Part shown: piece after piece, positions 19,201 through 34,386 of the stretch
How the letters are laid out: each line of letters begins with the position of its first letter
Position numbering within the stretch: the first letter of the stretch is position 1
Origin: an uncultured Verrucomicrobiae bacterium
GTDB taxonomy: Bacteria > Verrucomicrobiota > Verrucomicrobiia > Verrucomicrobiales > Akkermansiaceae
Reading direction: 5' to 3'
Length of the DNA stretch: 64,000 nucleotides
Assembly (NCBI GenBank): GCA_963815205.1
Contig: CAWFFP010000003.1
Coordinates: 123,984-187,983 of the forward strand
Translations under genes and position numbers: made by a program
The notes under the pieces: generated by a model
Databases searched by the model: none
Seen by the model: the letters and a program-made list of their open reading frames with translations, nothing else
What the model was told of the DNA's origin: nothing

Positions 19201-20322
19201 ATGCCCCAAACTGTTATTATCCCAGCTCAGGACGAGCAAAAGGTCAAACTACTCAGACCCGTCGTATTTTCTATCTACGCATTTATCGTATTTGCCGTGA
19301 TTGGTTACATTTGGGTTTACGCCCAAGCAAGATACGTAAGCACTGCCGAATTTAGCATCGCCGAGCAGGAGAACTCCAGCGCTGACGTAGGCCTCCTTGC
19401 GCTTGCGCTCCCTGGTCTCACCGATTCTCGGTCTTTAGATTCTCAAATGGTGATTGCCTATATTCATTCAGCTAATTTTCTTAGAAAGATGGAATCCCGG
19501 TTAAATCTCCAAGATCACTATGCCAAGCCGGAGAAGGATTTTTACTTTCGCCTCGCAAAAGATGCACCTTTAGAAACCCGTTTAGATTACTATCGGAAGA
19601 AAATTAATGCGCATTTCAATCCTGAGACAGGACTGACTGGAATCAAAGTTGAAGCGTTTGACCCTGTTTTTGCACACCAGGCTGCACTGCTCCTCCTGGA
19701 GGAGTCCGAAAAATATGTAAATCATATCAATCAAAAGATAGCCACAAAACGGCGTCAATTTCTTGAGCAAGAGGTCCTCAATGCAGATCTTCATCTTGAG
19801 GAGGCGCTAGATGATCTGACAGCGCTGCAGAATAAGCATAATTTCATCGATCCAACGCAAGTTGTCTCATCGACATTAGCGTCGATTGCATTGCTAAAGG
19901 AGGCCGAGCTAAGCAGGAAAACCGACCTCGCATCTATTCTTAGAGAATCTCCCGATTCACCACGTATCGCGACTATAGAAAGTCAATTACAGTCAATCGA
20001 GGATCTTATTAAATCAGAACAAAAGAAATTATCAGGTCCTGAAAAAGACAGATTAAACCTTATTACGCAGCAATTCCAGCGCATCCAGAGAACCATTCAA
20101 TTTCGAAGTAAATTACTTTCCGGAGCTGAATTAATCCTTGAGAAAAACCGCAGCGACGCAATATCCACTACCAAATTCTTTACCGTGGTTCAGACACCAT
20201 TCTTGCCGGAGTATTCTACCCTTCCACGGCGAGGATATCTTACCATAACGCTACTGGTAATTGGTCTGCTCGGTTTCTTCGTGATTCGGATCCTGATCGA
20301 ATCAATCCTCGAAAGAAACTAG
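19201..20322 (+). CDS. kpsE: capsule export inner-membrane adaptor (KpsE / chain-length-determinant-like)
   Basis: 373 aa with N- and C-terminal TM helices and a coiled-coil middle. It lies next to kpsMT. Confidence 0.65.
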   Translation: MPQTVIIPAQDEQKVKLLRPVVFSIYAFIVFAVIGYIWVYAQARYVSTAEFSIAEQENSSADVGLLALALPGLTDSRSLDSQMVIAYIHSANFLRKMESRLNLQDHYAKPEKDFYFRLAKDAPLETRLDYYRKKINAHFNPETGLTGIKVEAFDPVFAHQAALLLLEESEKYVNHINQKIATKRRQFLEQEVLNADLHLEEALDDLTALQNKHNFIDPTQVVSSTLASIALLKEAELSRKTDLASILRESPDSPRIATIESQLQSIEDLIKSEQKKLSGPEKDRLNLITQQFQRIQRTIQFRSKLLSGAELILEKNRSDAISTTKFFTVVQTPFLPEYSTLPRRGYLTITLLVIGLLGFFVIRILIESILERN

Positions 20323-21280
20323 GGCCCAATTAAAATAGGAAATTTACTCTGCTACGGTAGAATGGGGCTGTATGCTTGGACTCATGTGCGACATGAGGTT
20401 CGTTCAAAATCGTAAACAATCGTCCATCGTGAAACAGCGGCAAGTAAACTTGCTATCAAATCACGCGTTGCGGGAGAGCATCGGTCTACACCCCTGATTG
20501 TAGGGTAATTCCAAACTAGAATATCTGCTGAGGTTCTTTGGTGACATAATACGGTCAATGCGGTGAAAGTGTCAGCAGCTTGCAGGGCGCGGGCCGGGTA
20601 ACCCGGTAATAACTCTGGTTGCCTAGTGACTGCACCAAGGAACGATATGAATCAATCGTGTTGTAAATATTATCTACTAATCGGGAAAGCAAACGTCGCG
20701 AAGGCAGCCGCCAGATACGACGTCATGAGAGAAAGGGCCGGAAATCGGCCCAATTACTTATTTTGTGAAGGAGAAATACAGAATGGCGATAGAAAGGCAC
20801 CTAAGAAGAAGATTAGCAGCCTAAATCCATTCGAACTAAGAGAGGAGATCCGGAATCTTTAAAACATCTTCTGGAGCTAGCGGAAGGACTTTCTGAAAAA
20901 TGGAAACGGAGGCGAACTTCGCCTTTGCAGGGTCTATTCCGCTACGCTCTGGAGCATCCTTAAGGGCAAAACAGAAGGGAACAAAGAACAAAGCCGCTAG
21001 AATGTCGCAACTATGAGGCAGAAGTTCGGACTCTCTAGAAAGCTTTCGGTGTTCTTTATTTATGAGCCAACAAGGCGCACCCATTTCCACACTGCCCAGT
21101 AAAATCTACGTGGAGATACCCCGGGTGCGGGCCTTGCGCACCTAGAATATGTTTCGCTTAAAAAACGCGCGCAACCCTATTCAAAGATATGGAAGCGGCC
21201 ATAGAACTAAAACGATTCGTCTCCTCAATTCCCCATTCCTAATTGCATGTCTCGAACAACATGCGCTAACCTAGAAAAAT

Positions 21281-21982
21281 ATGAAATCTATCTACGGATT
21301 ATTCGTTCTACTAACTCTTTTCGCTCCATTGGTGATGGCGGAACAAGGCAAGCATCTATTTATTCTTTCTGGGCAATCCAACATGGCCAGACTTCAGCCA
21401 GAAGATTCATTCATTCCTGCTATTGAAGATCGATTTGGTAAGGATGGAGCTATTGTTGTCTTCGATGCACAGGGAGGACAGCCAATCCGAAGATGGTATA
21501 AGGACTGGAAGCCAGACCGAGGGGTGAAGCCGGATGGCAACGGAGATCTCTATGACCGACTAATGAAAAAGGTCGATTTGAAGATCGCGGATCAAGAAAT
21601 CTCAACAGTCACCTTCCTCTGGATGCAAGGTGAGCGGGACGCCAAAGAAGGGAATGGAGCTGTCTACGAAAAGAGTCTCAAGGGCCTTATCAAGCAATTA
21701 GAAGATGACCTAGGGCGAGATGACATCTTCATAGTAATCGGAAGGTTAAGCGACCATGGAACCACCAACCAAGAGTATGTAAATTGGGAAGAAGTTCGCA
21801 TTGCCCAGATGAAGACAGCCGAAGATTCAAAACACGGGGTCTGGATAGATACGGACGATCTTAACGACGGTATTCAGAAAGAGGGGAAAGAGGTCAAAAA
21901 CGATCTACATCTCTCAACCGAGGGCTATAGGACATTTGGTGAACGTCTTGCCGAAGCCGCTATCGGCCTAATTGAGCAGTGA
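21281..21982 (+). CDS. secreted SGNH / sialate O-acetylesterase-like (DUF303) esterase
   Basis: Signal peptide, the GQSNM catalytic block, WMQGE, and DLHLS near the C-terminus. Confidence 0.7.
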   Translation: MKSIYGLFVLLTLFAPLVMAEQGKHLFILSGQSNMARLQPEDSFIPAIEDRFGKDGAIVVFDAQGGQPIRRWYKDWKPDRGVKPDGNGDLYDRLMKKVDLKIADQEISTVTFLWMQGERDAKEGNGAVYEKSLKGLIKQLEDDLGRDDIFIVIGRLSDHGTTNQEYVNWEEVRIAQMKTAEDSKHGVWIDTDDLNDGIQKEGKEVKNDLHLSTEGYRTFGERLAEAAIGLIEQ

Positions 21983-21993
21983 TCAATATGGGA

Positions 21994-22031
21994 TATGGTC
22001 TGATCATTCTTGAGAGAATGATCAGACCATA
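21994..22031 (+). terminator. perfect 17-bp stem / 4-nt loop hairpin 12 nt after the esterase stop
   Basis: tatggtctgatcattct-tgag-agaatgatcagaccata. There is no clear U-tract, so its role as a terminator is only inferred. Confidence 0.4.
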
Positions 22032-22387
22032 CTTATTCGCGGTAGTCGCTGATACCTCCAAGCAAAGATTAGAATCACTAAAGGCTTTGTTTCTACTCTT
22101 AGATTCTTTTTTGGCCATGAACCGAAGGAGTCTTTTTTGTCTCGTTCCTGTCCGAATACACCCCCAAGTCGATGAGACCTAGAGGGCTGGGGGTTATATT
22201 TAGCTTTTAGCAGCCTCTGGCGACTGTGCTGAGATGTGACCGGACTAAGGAAGAACTGCTATTGTAGACATACAGATTGCCGCAACATCCAAATCAGGGA
22301 ATATCAGCAAGGCGGTTTGTTATCAGGCGCGCTGAATGAGTAGCTGCAAAGGCAGGGTATTCCCTAAAAACTTCAAGAACTAGACAC

Positions 22388-22425
22388 AAAAAAAGCCCCA
22401 TATTAGCGATTAGCTAATATGGGGC
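22388..22425 (-). terminator. rho-independent terminator of the rRNA operon
   Basis: A 13-bp stem (gccccatattagc / gctaatatggggc) with a 5-nt loop sits immediately 3' of the 5S gene. On the minus strand it is followed by seven U residues. Confidence 0.8.
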
Positions 22426-22430
22426 ATAAA

Positions 22431-22545
22431 CCTGGCGACGACCTACTCTCACAGGACCTATCGTCCCACTACCATCGGCGCTGCAGCGTTTCACTTCCGG
22501 GTTCGGAATGGGACCGGGTGGTTCCACCGCGCTCTGGTCACCAGA
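22431..22545 (-). rRNA. rrf: 5S rRNA
   Basis: The reverse complement reads TCTGGTGACCAGAGCGCGGTGGAACCACCCGGTCCCATTCCGAACCCGGAAGTGAAACGC...GAGAGTAGGTCGTCGCCAGG. It has the canonical loop A/helix motifs and a paired terminal helix. Confidence 0.9.
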
Positions 22546-22925
22546 ATTCAACTTTGAATTTACCTCTTCCATACTGCCATGGGGGAGTGTTGTTCAAACC
22601 TGCCTTTCTAATGAACTGAGCCATTTGAGTTTGCTAGTTGGAAGTGTTCAGTTTTCAGGGAAGAACTTTGCACAATGCTTGCTCTTTACTAAAAACTTCA
22701 AACTTAGAACTAGCAATCTTAGTCTGTCCGCTCTCTGGCATCCATATGGAGTTTCATTTAGGTGTAAAAGGCCTTTGAAGGCTCGTTTACTGCAATTTTA
22801 TCTTAGTCTAGTATAGACATTGTGTAGGCTCTACTTGGTGAGCCTTTTGCTTCTGATAAATACGCTCACTAGGTGAGCTAAGTATCATCTGCTAACAATA
22901 CTTGGATAATCCGAAATTCAATTTG

Positions 22926-25825
<2,900 letters not shown>

Positions 25826-26147
25826 TAAAAATGAAAATCAGGCTCTTCTTAATGAGTTCTTCACATTTCTACTCACACTTAACTACTCACATACTCACAG
25901 TTGCCTGCTTGCATGCTTGCAGTCGCCTGCTTGCTTATGAAATGATCTGTTCTCTTAATTTACCTACATTCTACTCACGTAGTTTGCAGGATTTTTTGCC
26001 ATAAAATTATGTATTAGGTATTCTTATCTCAAATTTCTCTGAAATAAGATTATTTCGAATATATTTCCAAGTATTGCGTAAAAATGGCTCTCAGTGAGCT
26101 TACATTATTTATACTTTACTAAAAAAATTGTTTCTTCTCCATATGGA

Positions 26148-26160
26148 TGTCAAAGAGCGA
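26148..26160 (-). promoter_or_regulatory. boxA-like antitermination element in the spacer upstream of 23S
   Basis: The minus strand reads CGCTCTTTGACAT, against the E. coli boxA TGCTCTTTAACAA. Confidence 0.45.
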
Positions 26161-26392
26161 ACCGGTTTTACAGTCACATAAATTGTGTCTGCGTAAGAAG
26201 AATTGAAATTAAAACTTAATTCTTCAAACTGATTGCTTCAAAAAATTGACGGTGTGATCGGTAGTATTTGCTAATTCCATTGCTTCGGGCCCACTTTTTT
26301 TCCTTCAGAAAAGGAAAAACCGAAATCAATCGGTAGGAATCATCCAGTATCTTCTCAGAAGACAAAGCTTCTTAGAAAACGAGGCTGAAAGA

Positions 26393-26469
<77 letters not shown>

Positions 26470-26574
26470 CCGACTTCGCTGAGGCTTTTCGTCGTCGGGC
26501 AAGCCCGCGACACCTCAACTGAAACGTTTGCCTTTACCTACAGCCGGCTTGCCAGCCGTAGCCTTGGCGAAGGC

Positions 26575-26650
<76 letters not shown>

Positions 26651-26885
26651 TTTTTATACAAAGGAGAAATTGCATTTACTTAAGAAAAAAAGATCAAATT
26701 GTGCGCTGCGTTGCTTTTCAACGTTATTCACAGATTTTTTGTTTTAGTTGTTTTAGGCGCTAGTCACCAATTCCTTGGTTTTCTAGCAAGCTCTATGAGT
26801 ATTGCTACTCAAGAAGCTTTCGACCTACTACAGTGACAGCCAAGATGTGAGTCCTGTTTTAAATGCTGTTTGTAATTTACTCCGT

Positions 26886-28426
<1,541 letters not shown>

Positions 28427-28740
28427 AATTCGGTTGGCGTAATGCCAGTAAGATAAATCTTACTAGCAAACGTAATTTCCAAATTGACCTATAGAGACTT
28501 CACTTAATTTGCCTTTGTAAAACAAAGGCTAAGCTCCATCTCTACGTACTGCGCGTTATTTCGCGCAGCGCACAATTTAATCTTTTTTTCTTCTCAGTAG
28601 AAACCTAACCGGCTTAAGGCCGCCTGTTTCTCATTTTCTTCCAAAAGAACTTACTAAAATTGCAATGATTTGCATCAAAACAACTTAGATTAGATTCATC
28701 TGCAATCAATGCCTACTAAGGCACGATTTCTACTAAGTCA

Positions 28741-28754
28741 CACTATCAAAGAGC
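28741..28754 (-). promoter_or_regulatory. boxA-like element in the rRNA leader
   Basis: The minus strand reads GCTCTTTGATAGTG, about 320 nt upstream of the 16S 5' end. Confidence 0.45.
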
Positions 28755-29133
28755 TTGCAACGAGGGGACTAAAAAGCCGATCGGGTGTTACTCCTCAGAA
28801 ACTGGCCGAAACCTGAAAGCTTTTCCCATCAAAAACGCTCCTAATATAGGAACGTCTCAAATGAATTATGCTAATTTCTAATTGAGTGGTTTGCACCTCG
28901 ACCGACTGGCAGTCTCTCGTGTCGACGCTTGTCGCGCCAACGGCAGAAACCTAGCGCAACTGGCCGCCAAAGGTCAATACCTTTTCTAAATGTTTTTAAA
29001 AAAGCTTTAAGGGCCCGTAACTACAACGATTAGTCAGCTAACCCCGCAGATAAATCTCACTGCGAAAGCGAAGATGAAGCAACTTCAGGGCGTCTATTTT
29101 CGCTTCGGGCATCAAATCCCACAGCTCACCTCC

Positions 29134-29238
29134 TCAGTGAAACAACTGCCGATCTAGCGATCGAAACTGAATGGCTTCCAAGACGTGGTTGCCACGAATG
29201 TCTGGATCACCAGCAAGGTCTGCGATGGTGCGAGATCC
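29134..29238 (-). pseudogene. orphan 3'-terminal fragment of a comM/yifB-type gene
   Basis: It translates as [33 protein letters not shown]. The C-terminus of the intact comM at 40467 is [33 protein letters not shown], giving 25/33 identical residues. The DNA has clearly diverged. The fragment abuts the last CRISPR repeat. Confidence 0.75.
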
Positions 29239-29248
29239 CTCTGGATGT

Positions 29249-31208
29249 CGGGTCATCCTCCACGGGTGTGGGGAAAGCTAGAATCCGGGCGCGGTCCTCC
29301 GGTCTGCTGCCGGGTCATCCCCACGGGTGCGGGGAAAGCTCTGATAGCTCATTCGCCAGCACCTGCATGTTCGGGTCATCCCCACGGGTGTGGGGAAAGC
29401 AGCGCCTCTCTTGTCGCTCCTGTCGCTCCTGTCGCTCCTGTCGCTCCTGTCGCTCCTGTCGCTATATTCGGGTCATCCCCACGGGTGTGGGGAAAGCTTC
29501 TTCCGCTCCCAATGCTGGACCGCATTCATCGGGTCATCCCCACGGGTGTGGGGAAAGCTCCAAGATTATTTCAAGGTATTCACTACCATCGGGTCATCCC
29601 CACGGGTGTGGGGAAAGCCTCTCCATTGTCGACCTCTGACAGCCAGCCCTCGGGTCATCCCCACGGGTGTGGGGAAAGCGCAATGATTAGGGGCGCAGAA
29701 TGCGAGGATTGCGGGTCATCCCCACGGGTGTGGGGAAAGCATTGTCATAATCCGCAAGCACCCGCGCGACAGCGGGTCATCCCCACGGGTGTGGGGAAAG
29801 CGTTTCCCTGATGAATTTTCTGCTGCGGATAGTCGGGTCATCCCCACGGGTGTGGGGAAAGCTCGTTGCCCCGGATATTGAAATAGACGGTGATCGGGTC
29901 ATCCCCACGGGTGTGGGGAAAGCGGAAATTCTTTATTCTTACCCTTCTTTATCTTCGGGTCATCCCCACGGGTGTGGGGAAAGCATCTACGCACCTGATG
30001 CATAATCTACCGAGACGGGTCATCCCCACGGGTGTGGGGAAAGCCTGAGCCATTGGCGGGAGATCTCGCGGACGCCCGGGTCATCCCCACGGGTGTGGGG
30101 AAAGCTCTTCAGGCAGAGTCATTTCGTCCTAATCGCGCGGGTCATCCCCACGGGTGTGGGGAAAGCGAGGCCGTTGATCTCAGCCGCCTTGTTATACTCG
30201 GGTCATCCCCACGGGTGTGGGGAAAGCGAAGACACGCATACGGGACAGTCGGCTCCAAGTCGGGTCATCCCCACGGGTGTGGGGAAAGCCGCCTGCTGGT
30301 ATTCTGCCCAGCATCTTTCATCGGGTCATCCCCACGGGTGTGGGGAAAGCGTTCGAAGACGCTCAAGCTCGCGATGGGATTTCGGGTCATCCCCACGGGT
30401 GTGGGGAAAGCGCGAGGGGTTCGGATTCAGGCTTAGCTGGCGGCGGGTCATCCCCACGGGTGTGGGGAAAGCGTCGCCGGGGCAGAGGAATCAGCCCGCC
30501 GCCGCGGGTCATCCCCACGGGTGTGGGGAAAGCGTCGTGATGCCCCGAAACAATACCCCACCCAGCGGGTCATCCCCACGGGTGTGGGGAAAGCATTCTG
30601 AACGATGCGGACAGGGTTCTGGTGCAGGGGTCATCCCCACGGGTGTGGGGAAAGCGGGTTATTGAGTTCAGTCAGCTCCAGCGATACCGGGTCATCCCCA
30701 CGGGTGTGGGGAAAGCAAGCCGTAAATGATTATTCGGATCGATTAAATTGCCGGGTCATCCCCACGGGTGTGGGGAAAGCATGGTACTTTGAGTTGAAAC
30801 TGAAGATGCTGACGGGTCATCCCCACGGGTGTGGGGAAAGCCGCCCCAGCCGGACCGCCTGGCCAGTAATCCTCGGGTCATCCCCACGGGTGTGGGGAAA
30901 GCGATATGCGGAAACAGGCAGTAGCCGAACATCTCGGGTCATCCCCACGGGTGTGGGGAAAGCTTGCTCAGATGAGATGCCCGTTATCACCATCTGCGGG
31001 TCATCCCCACGGGTGTGGGGAAAGCACATCATCGCCTGCTTCGCCTGTCCCATGATCCGGGTCATCCCCACGGGTGTGGGGAAAGCGAGGCGATTCCATA
31101 ATTCTGCAAAGCCGAGCTCGGGTCATCCCCACGGGTGTGGGGAAAGCAGACATGGATCAAGCGGAGCATGCGCCGAGTGCGGGTCATCCCCACGGGTGTG
31201 GGGAAAGC
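29249..31208 (-). CRISPR. type I-E CRISPR array, 32 repeats and 31 spacers
   Basis: The 29-nt repeat in transcript orientation is GCTTTCCCCACACCCGTGGGGATGACCCG, which matches the E. coli I-E repeat architecture. 25 spacers are 32 nt; the others are 31, 31, 33, 33, 35 and 68 nt. The two repeats at the 29249 end are degenerate (a 1-nt insertion and a T>C change), consistent with the leader lying at the 31208 end. The repeat at 30627 has one variant base. Confidence 0.97.
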
Positions 31209-31290
31209 TGTGGGGTTTTCAACGAGTTACGACGATAGAAACGGTGAATACAAGTCGAAACTACTACGTGTCAATTTGACGCAGCTGTGA
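31209..31290 (-). promoter_or_regulatory. CRISPR leader (only 82 bp between the cas2 stop and the first repeat)
   Basis: Called from its position and AT-richer composition. I did not map a promoter. Confidence 0.55.
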
Positions 31291-31602
31291 TCAGAATGGG
31301 GTGTTTTTAGGGTCAATCCACGACTCTGCTATGAGAGGGATACCTGAGACTTCGATGGGTTTCCGGCCAGTGTGGCCTTCTGGACCGATACGTTCGACCT
31401 CATAGCCTTGGCAATTCGGAGCGGAGGTGATGACGAGCATTCCGAAGCTGGAGGGGGCGTTCCGCAGGATGAAATCACGGACTTTCCGGTGATTTCTGAC
31501 GTTGAGGGTGCCCACGAAAACATTCGGCCGGGGCTCAATAAACCAGCGCTTGAGATGGCCCCGGATGGCGGGCGGGACGTCGTTGCATACGAGGACGGTC
31601 AT
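31291..31602 (-). CDS. cas2: CRISPR-associated endoribonuclease Cas2 (I-E type)
   Basis: MTVLVCNDVPPAIRGHLKRWFIEPRPNVFVG aligns with E. coli YgbF ([29 protein letters not shown]). Confidence 0.9.
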   Translation of the reverse strand: MTVLVCNDVPPAIRGHLKRWFIEPRPNVFVGTLNVRNHRKVRDFILRNAPSSFGMLVITSAPNCQGYEVERIGPEGHTGRKPIEVSGIPLIAESWIDPKNTPF

Positions 31603-31652
31603 GAGGAGGAAGATTCAGGGCTACGGGACATGAAAGATGACCAGGAAACGTA

Positions 31653-32543
31653 CTACTCCTTGGGCTGGAGGGGGTGAGAATCCGGAGCTTTTCCAGGATC
31701 TTCACCGAGGCCGTGGAAGAGTTTTTTCAGATCGTCCGGCATGCGACGTAGCATGCGGGTTTCCTCGATTTTCCGTTTCAGTATCTTCCTGACAAGGGTG
31801 CCATCATCCTTGGGGTCGATGGAAAGTGCCTCGAATGCCGCGGGCCAAGAGGTCTCGTGCTTGTAAAGGTCTGCCGCATCGTAGATGAAAGGGAGTGTGC
31901 CCGCGGCGTGGACGAAGCCGAGCTGGGGGATGAAGCCCATGGAGCAGCAGACGGCGGCGGTGACGGAGTAGAGAGATGCATTAGCGGCAGAGAGGGCGCG
32001 GTTGATGCCATCAGCAAGGTTCCAGTTGGTCGTTTTATAGTCGCGCCCCATCCAGGTCACTCCGTATTGGCGGCCTAGGGCGGCGTAGGTTTCCTTGACG
32101 CGTTTGCCCTCCATGCCGCGCAGTTGCGCGATGGAAATGCCGTGGACGGAGGCCTGCGGAAAGCGCTGCAAGAACATTCTTCGGGCAATCTCGTTTCGAG
32201 AGCGGGTGTTCGCCCACGCACTGGCGTGAATCCGGGCCATGGAGTTATCATGGTTCGGCGTGATGCCGAAGGCGTAGAAGCGCAGCCCATCCTCGCCGAG
32301 CCAGAGCAGCGGGCAATTGCACTGCGCGGCGGCTTTCACGGCAGCATGGGTGACGGTGGTGCCGGGGCCGAGAATCAGGGCAGAGATGGTAGCAACGGGC
32401 AGGCGGGTGATGAGGCCGTCCGAGCCTATCCATTTGATCGAGGAATCATCCACCTCTATACGGCCGTGCTCTAGGTAAATGGGTGTCCAGCGATCTTTGG
32501 CAGGCGAAAGGGTGTCTAGCGGTGGGCGTTCGAAGATGGGCAT
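31653..32543 (-). CDS. cas1: CRISPR-associated integrase Cas1 (I-E type)
   Basis: 296 aa and collinear with E. coli YgbT (LEHGRIEVDD, GPGTTVTHAAVKAAA, GFVHAG..LPFIYDAADLYK). Confidence 0.93.
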   Translation of the reverse strand: MPIFERPPLDTLSPAKDRWTPIYLEHGRIEVDDSSIKWIGSDGLITRLPVATISALILGPGTTVTHAAVKAAAQCNCPLLWLGEDGLRFYAFGITPNHDNSMARIHASAWANTRSRNEIARRMFLQRFPQASVHGISIAQLRGMEGKRVKETYAALGRQYGVTWMGRDYKTTNWNLADGINRALSAANASLYSVTAAVCCSMGFIPQLGFVHAAGTLPFIYDAADLYKHETSWPAAFEALSIDPKDDGTLVRKILKRKIEETRMLRRMPDDLKKLFHGLGEDPGKAPDSHPLQPKE

Positions 32544-32589
32544 GGTATAGATAATTGACTTCTAACCTTTTGAGATAGCGGCTGAGCCC

Positions 32590-33306
32590 TCAGGTGAGAT
32601 CCTCGGGGCGGAGACGTCGGGCGGCGCGGGAGTGGTAGGGCTCCGGGACTGCGCCGTGGTGCTGCCTGTAAGCGACGGGCTGATCCATTGGAAACCATGC
32701 GCCAGGACCGTCCCCTTCTGTAACACCCTCAAGGTTTCCAATCTCCGCCACATCCCTACCGAGCTTTTGCAGGAGGTCAGAAAGGGCCCCGCGCAAGCTT
32801 AGAGCGATGACTGGAGAAAGCGGTGAGGCTGGGATGCAGGTCTTGCGGCCAAACCAGATGCCCCAGACGGGATCGAGTAAAGCGGATTGTATTTGTGTGA
32901 GGAGCGCTTCGCTATCGCCTTCCAATACGACGATGAAAGCGGCATCTGTGAGGTAGGAGCGGCGAGTGATAACAGTGCCAAATGGGGCACCAGATGCTTT
33001 CCGGGGGATGCTCATTTTGTCCGCCGCAGATCGCTTTTTATCATAGCCGCCGCCGATGGTATGGAAGTCGGTAAAGCGGGTGACATCGTGCGCCTTAGGG
33101 AGCCGGATGGCGGTGAAGTGGAGAGCGGCGAGTGGAGCAAGGTGTTCGGCTTCATCAAGCGCGTGTTTATCAATTCCAAGGGCAGCGGCGATGAGGCCAA
33201 TGATGGCGCTTTTGCTGGGAAATGGATCGGTCTCACGGTATTGGAAGCGCGATGAGGCACCCCATGATTGCATGGGGGCATCGAGGTGAAAGGCAAGTGA
33301 GGGCAT
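32590..33306 (-). CDS. cas5: Cascade subunit Cas5e (CasD)
   Basis: The N-terminus LAFHLDAPMQSWG...FPSKSAIIGLIAAALG matches the CasD pattern LRLAGPMQAWG...FPTRSGLLGLLGACLG. Confidence 0.85.
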   Translation of the reverse strand: MPSLAFHLDAPMQSWGASSRFQYRETDPFPSKSAIIGLIAAALGIDKHALDEAEHLAPLAALHFTAIRLPKAHDVTRFTDFHTIGGGYDKKRSAADKMSIPRKASGAPFGTVITRRSYLTDAAFIVVLEGDSEALLTQIQSALLDPVWGIWFGRKTCIPASPLSPVIALSLRGALSDLLQKLGRDVAEIGNLEGVTEGDGPGAWFPMDQPVAYRQHHGAVPEPYHSRAARRLRPEDLT

Positions 33307-33324
33307 AGTTCCTTGGCTTAGGGA

Positions 33325-34372
<1,048 letters not shown>

Positions 34373-34386
34373 TCAGGAGTTGGGTT

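Noticed and set aside
20360-20400. A tmRNA-like 5' end (GGGGCTGTATGCTTGGAC...)
   Set aside because: There is no matching 3' acceptor half, T-arm (GGTTCGAATCC-like) or ...CCACCA within about 400 nt. There is no plausible tag reading frame ending in a hydrophobic tail plus stop.
20385-21100. A group II intron start (GTGCG at about 20386)
   Set aside because: There is no domain V-like 34-nt hairpin with the AGC triad and a GNRA loop. There is no reverse-transcriptase ORF and no bulged-A domain VI.
22668-22700. The boxA-like TGCTCTTTACTAA in the 23S-5S spacer
   Set aside because: It is on the plus strand, antisense to the rRNA operon, so it cannot serve rrn antitermination. It is probably chance.
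29185-31279. Long plus-strand ORFs with recurring GHPHGCGES / VIPTGVGKA / SSPRVWGK peptides
   Set aside because: These are the three reading frames of the 29-nt CRISPR repeat read through the array. They are not proteins.
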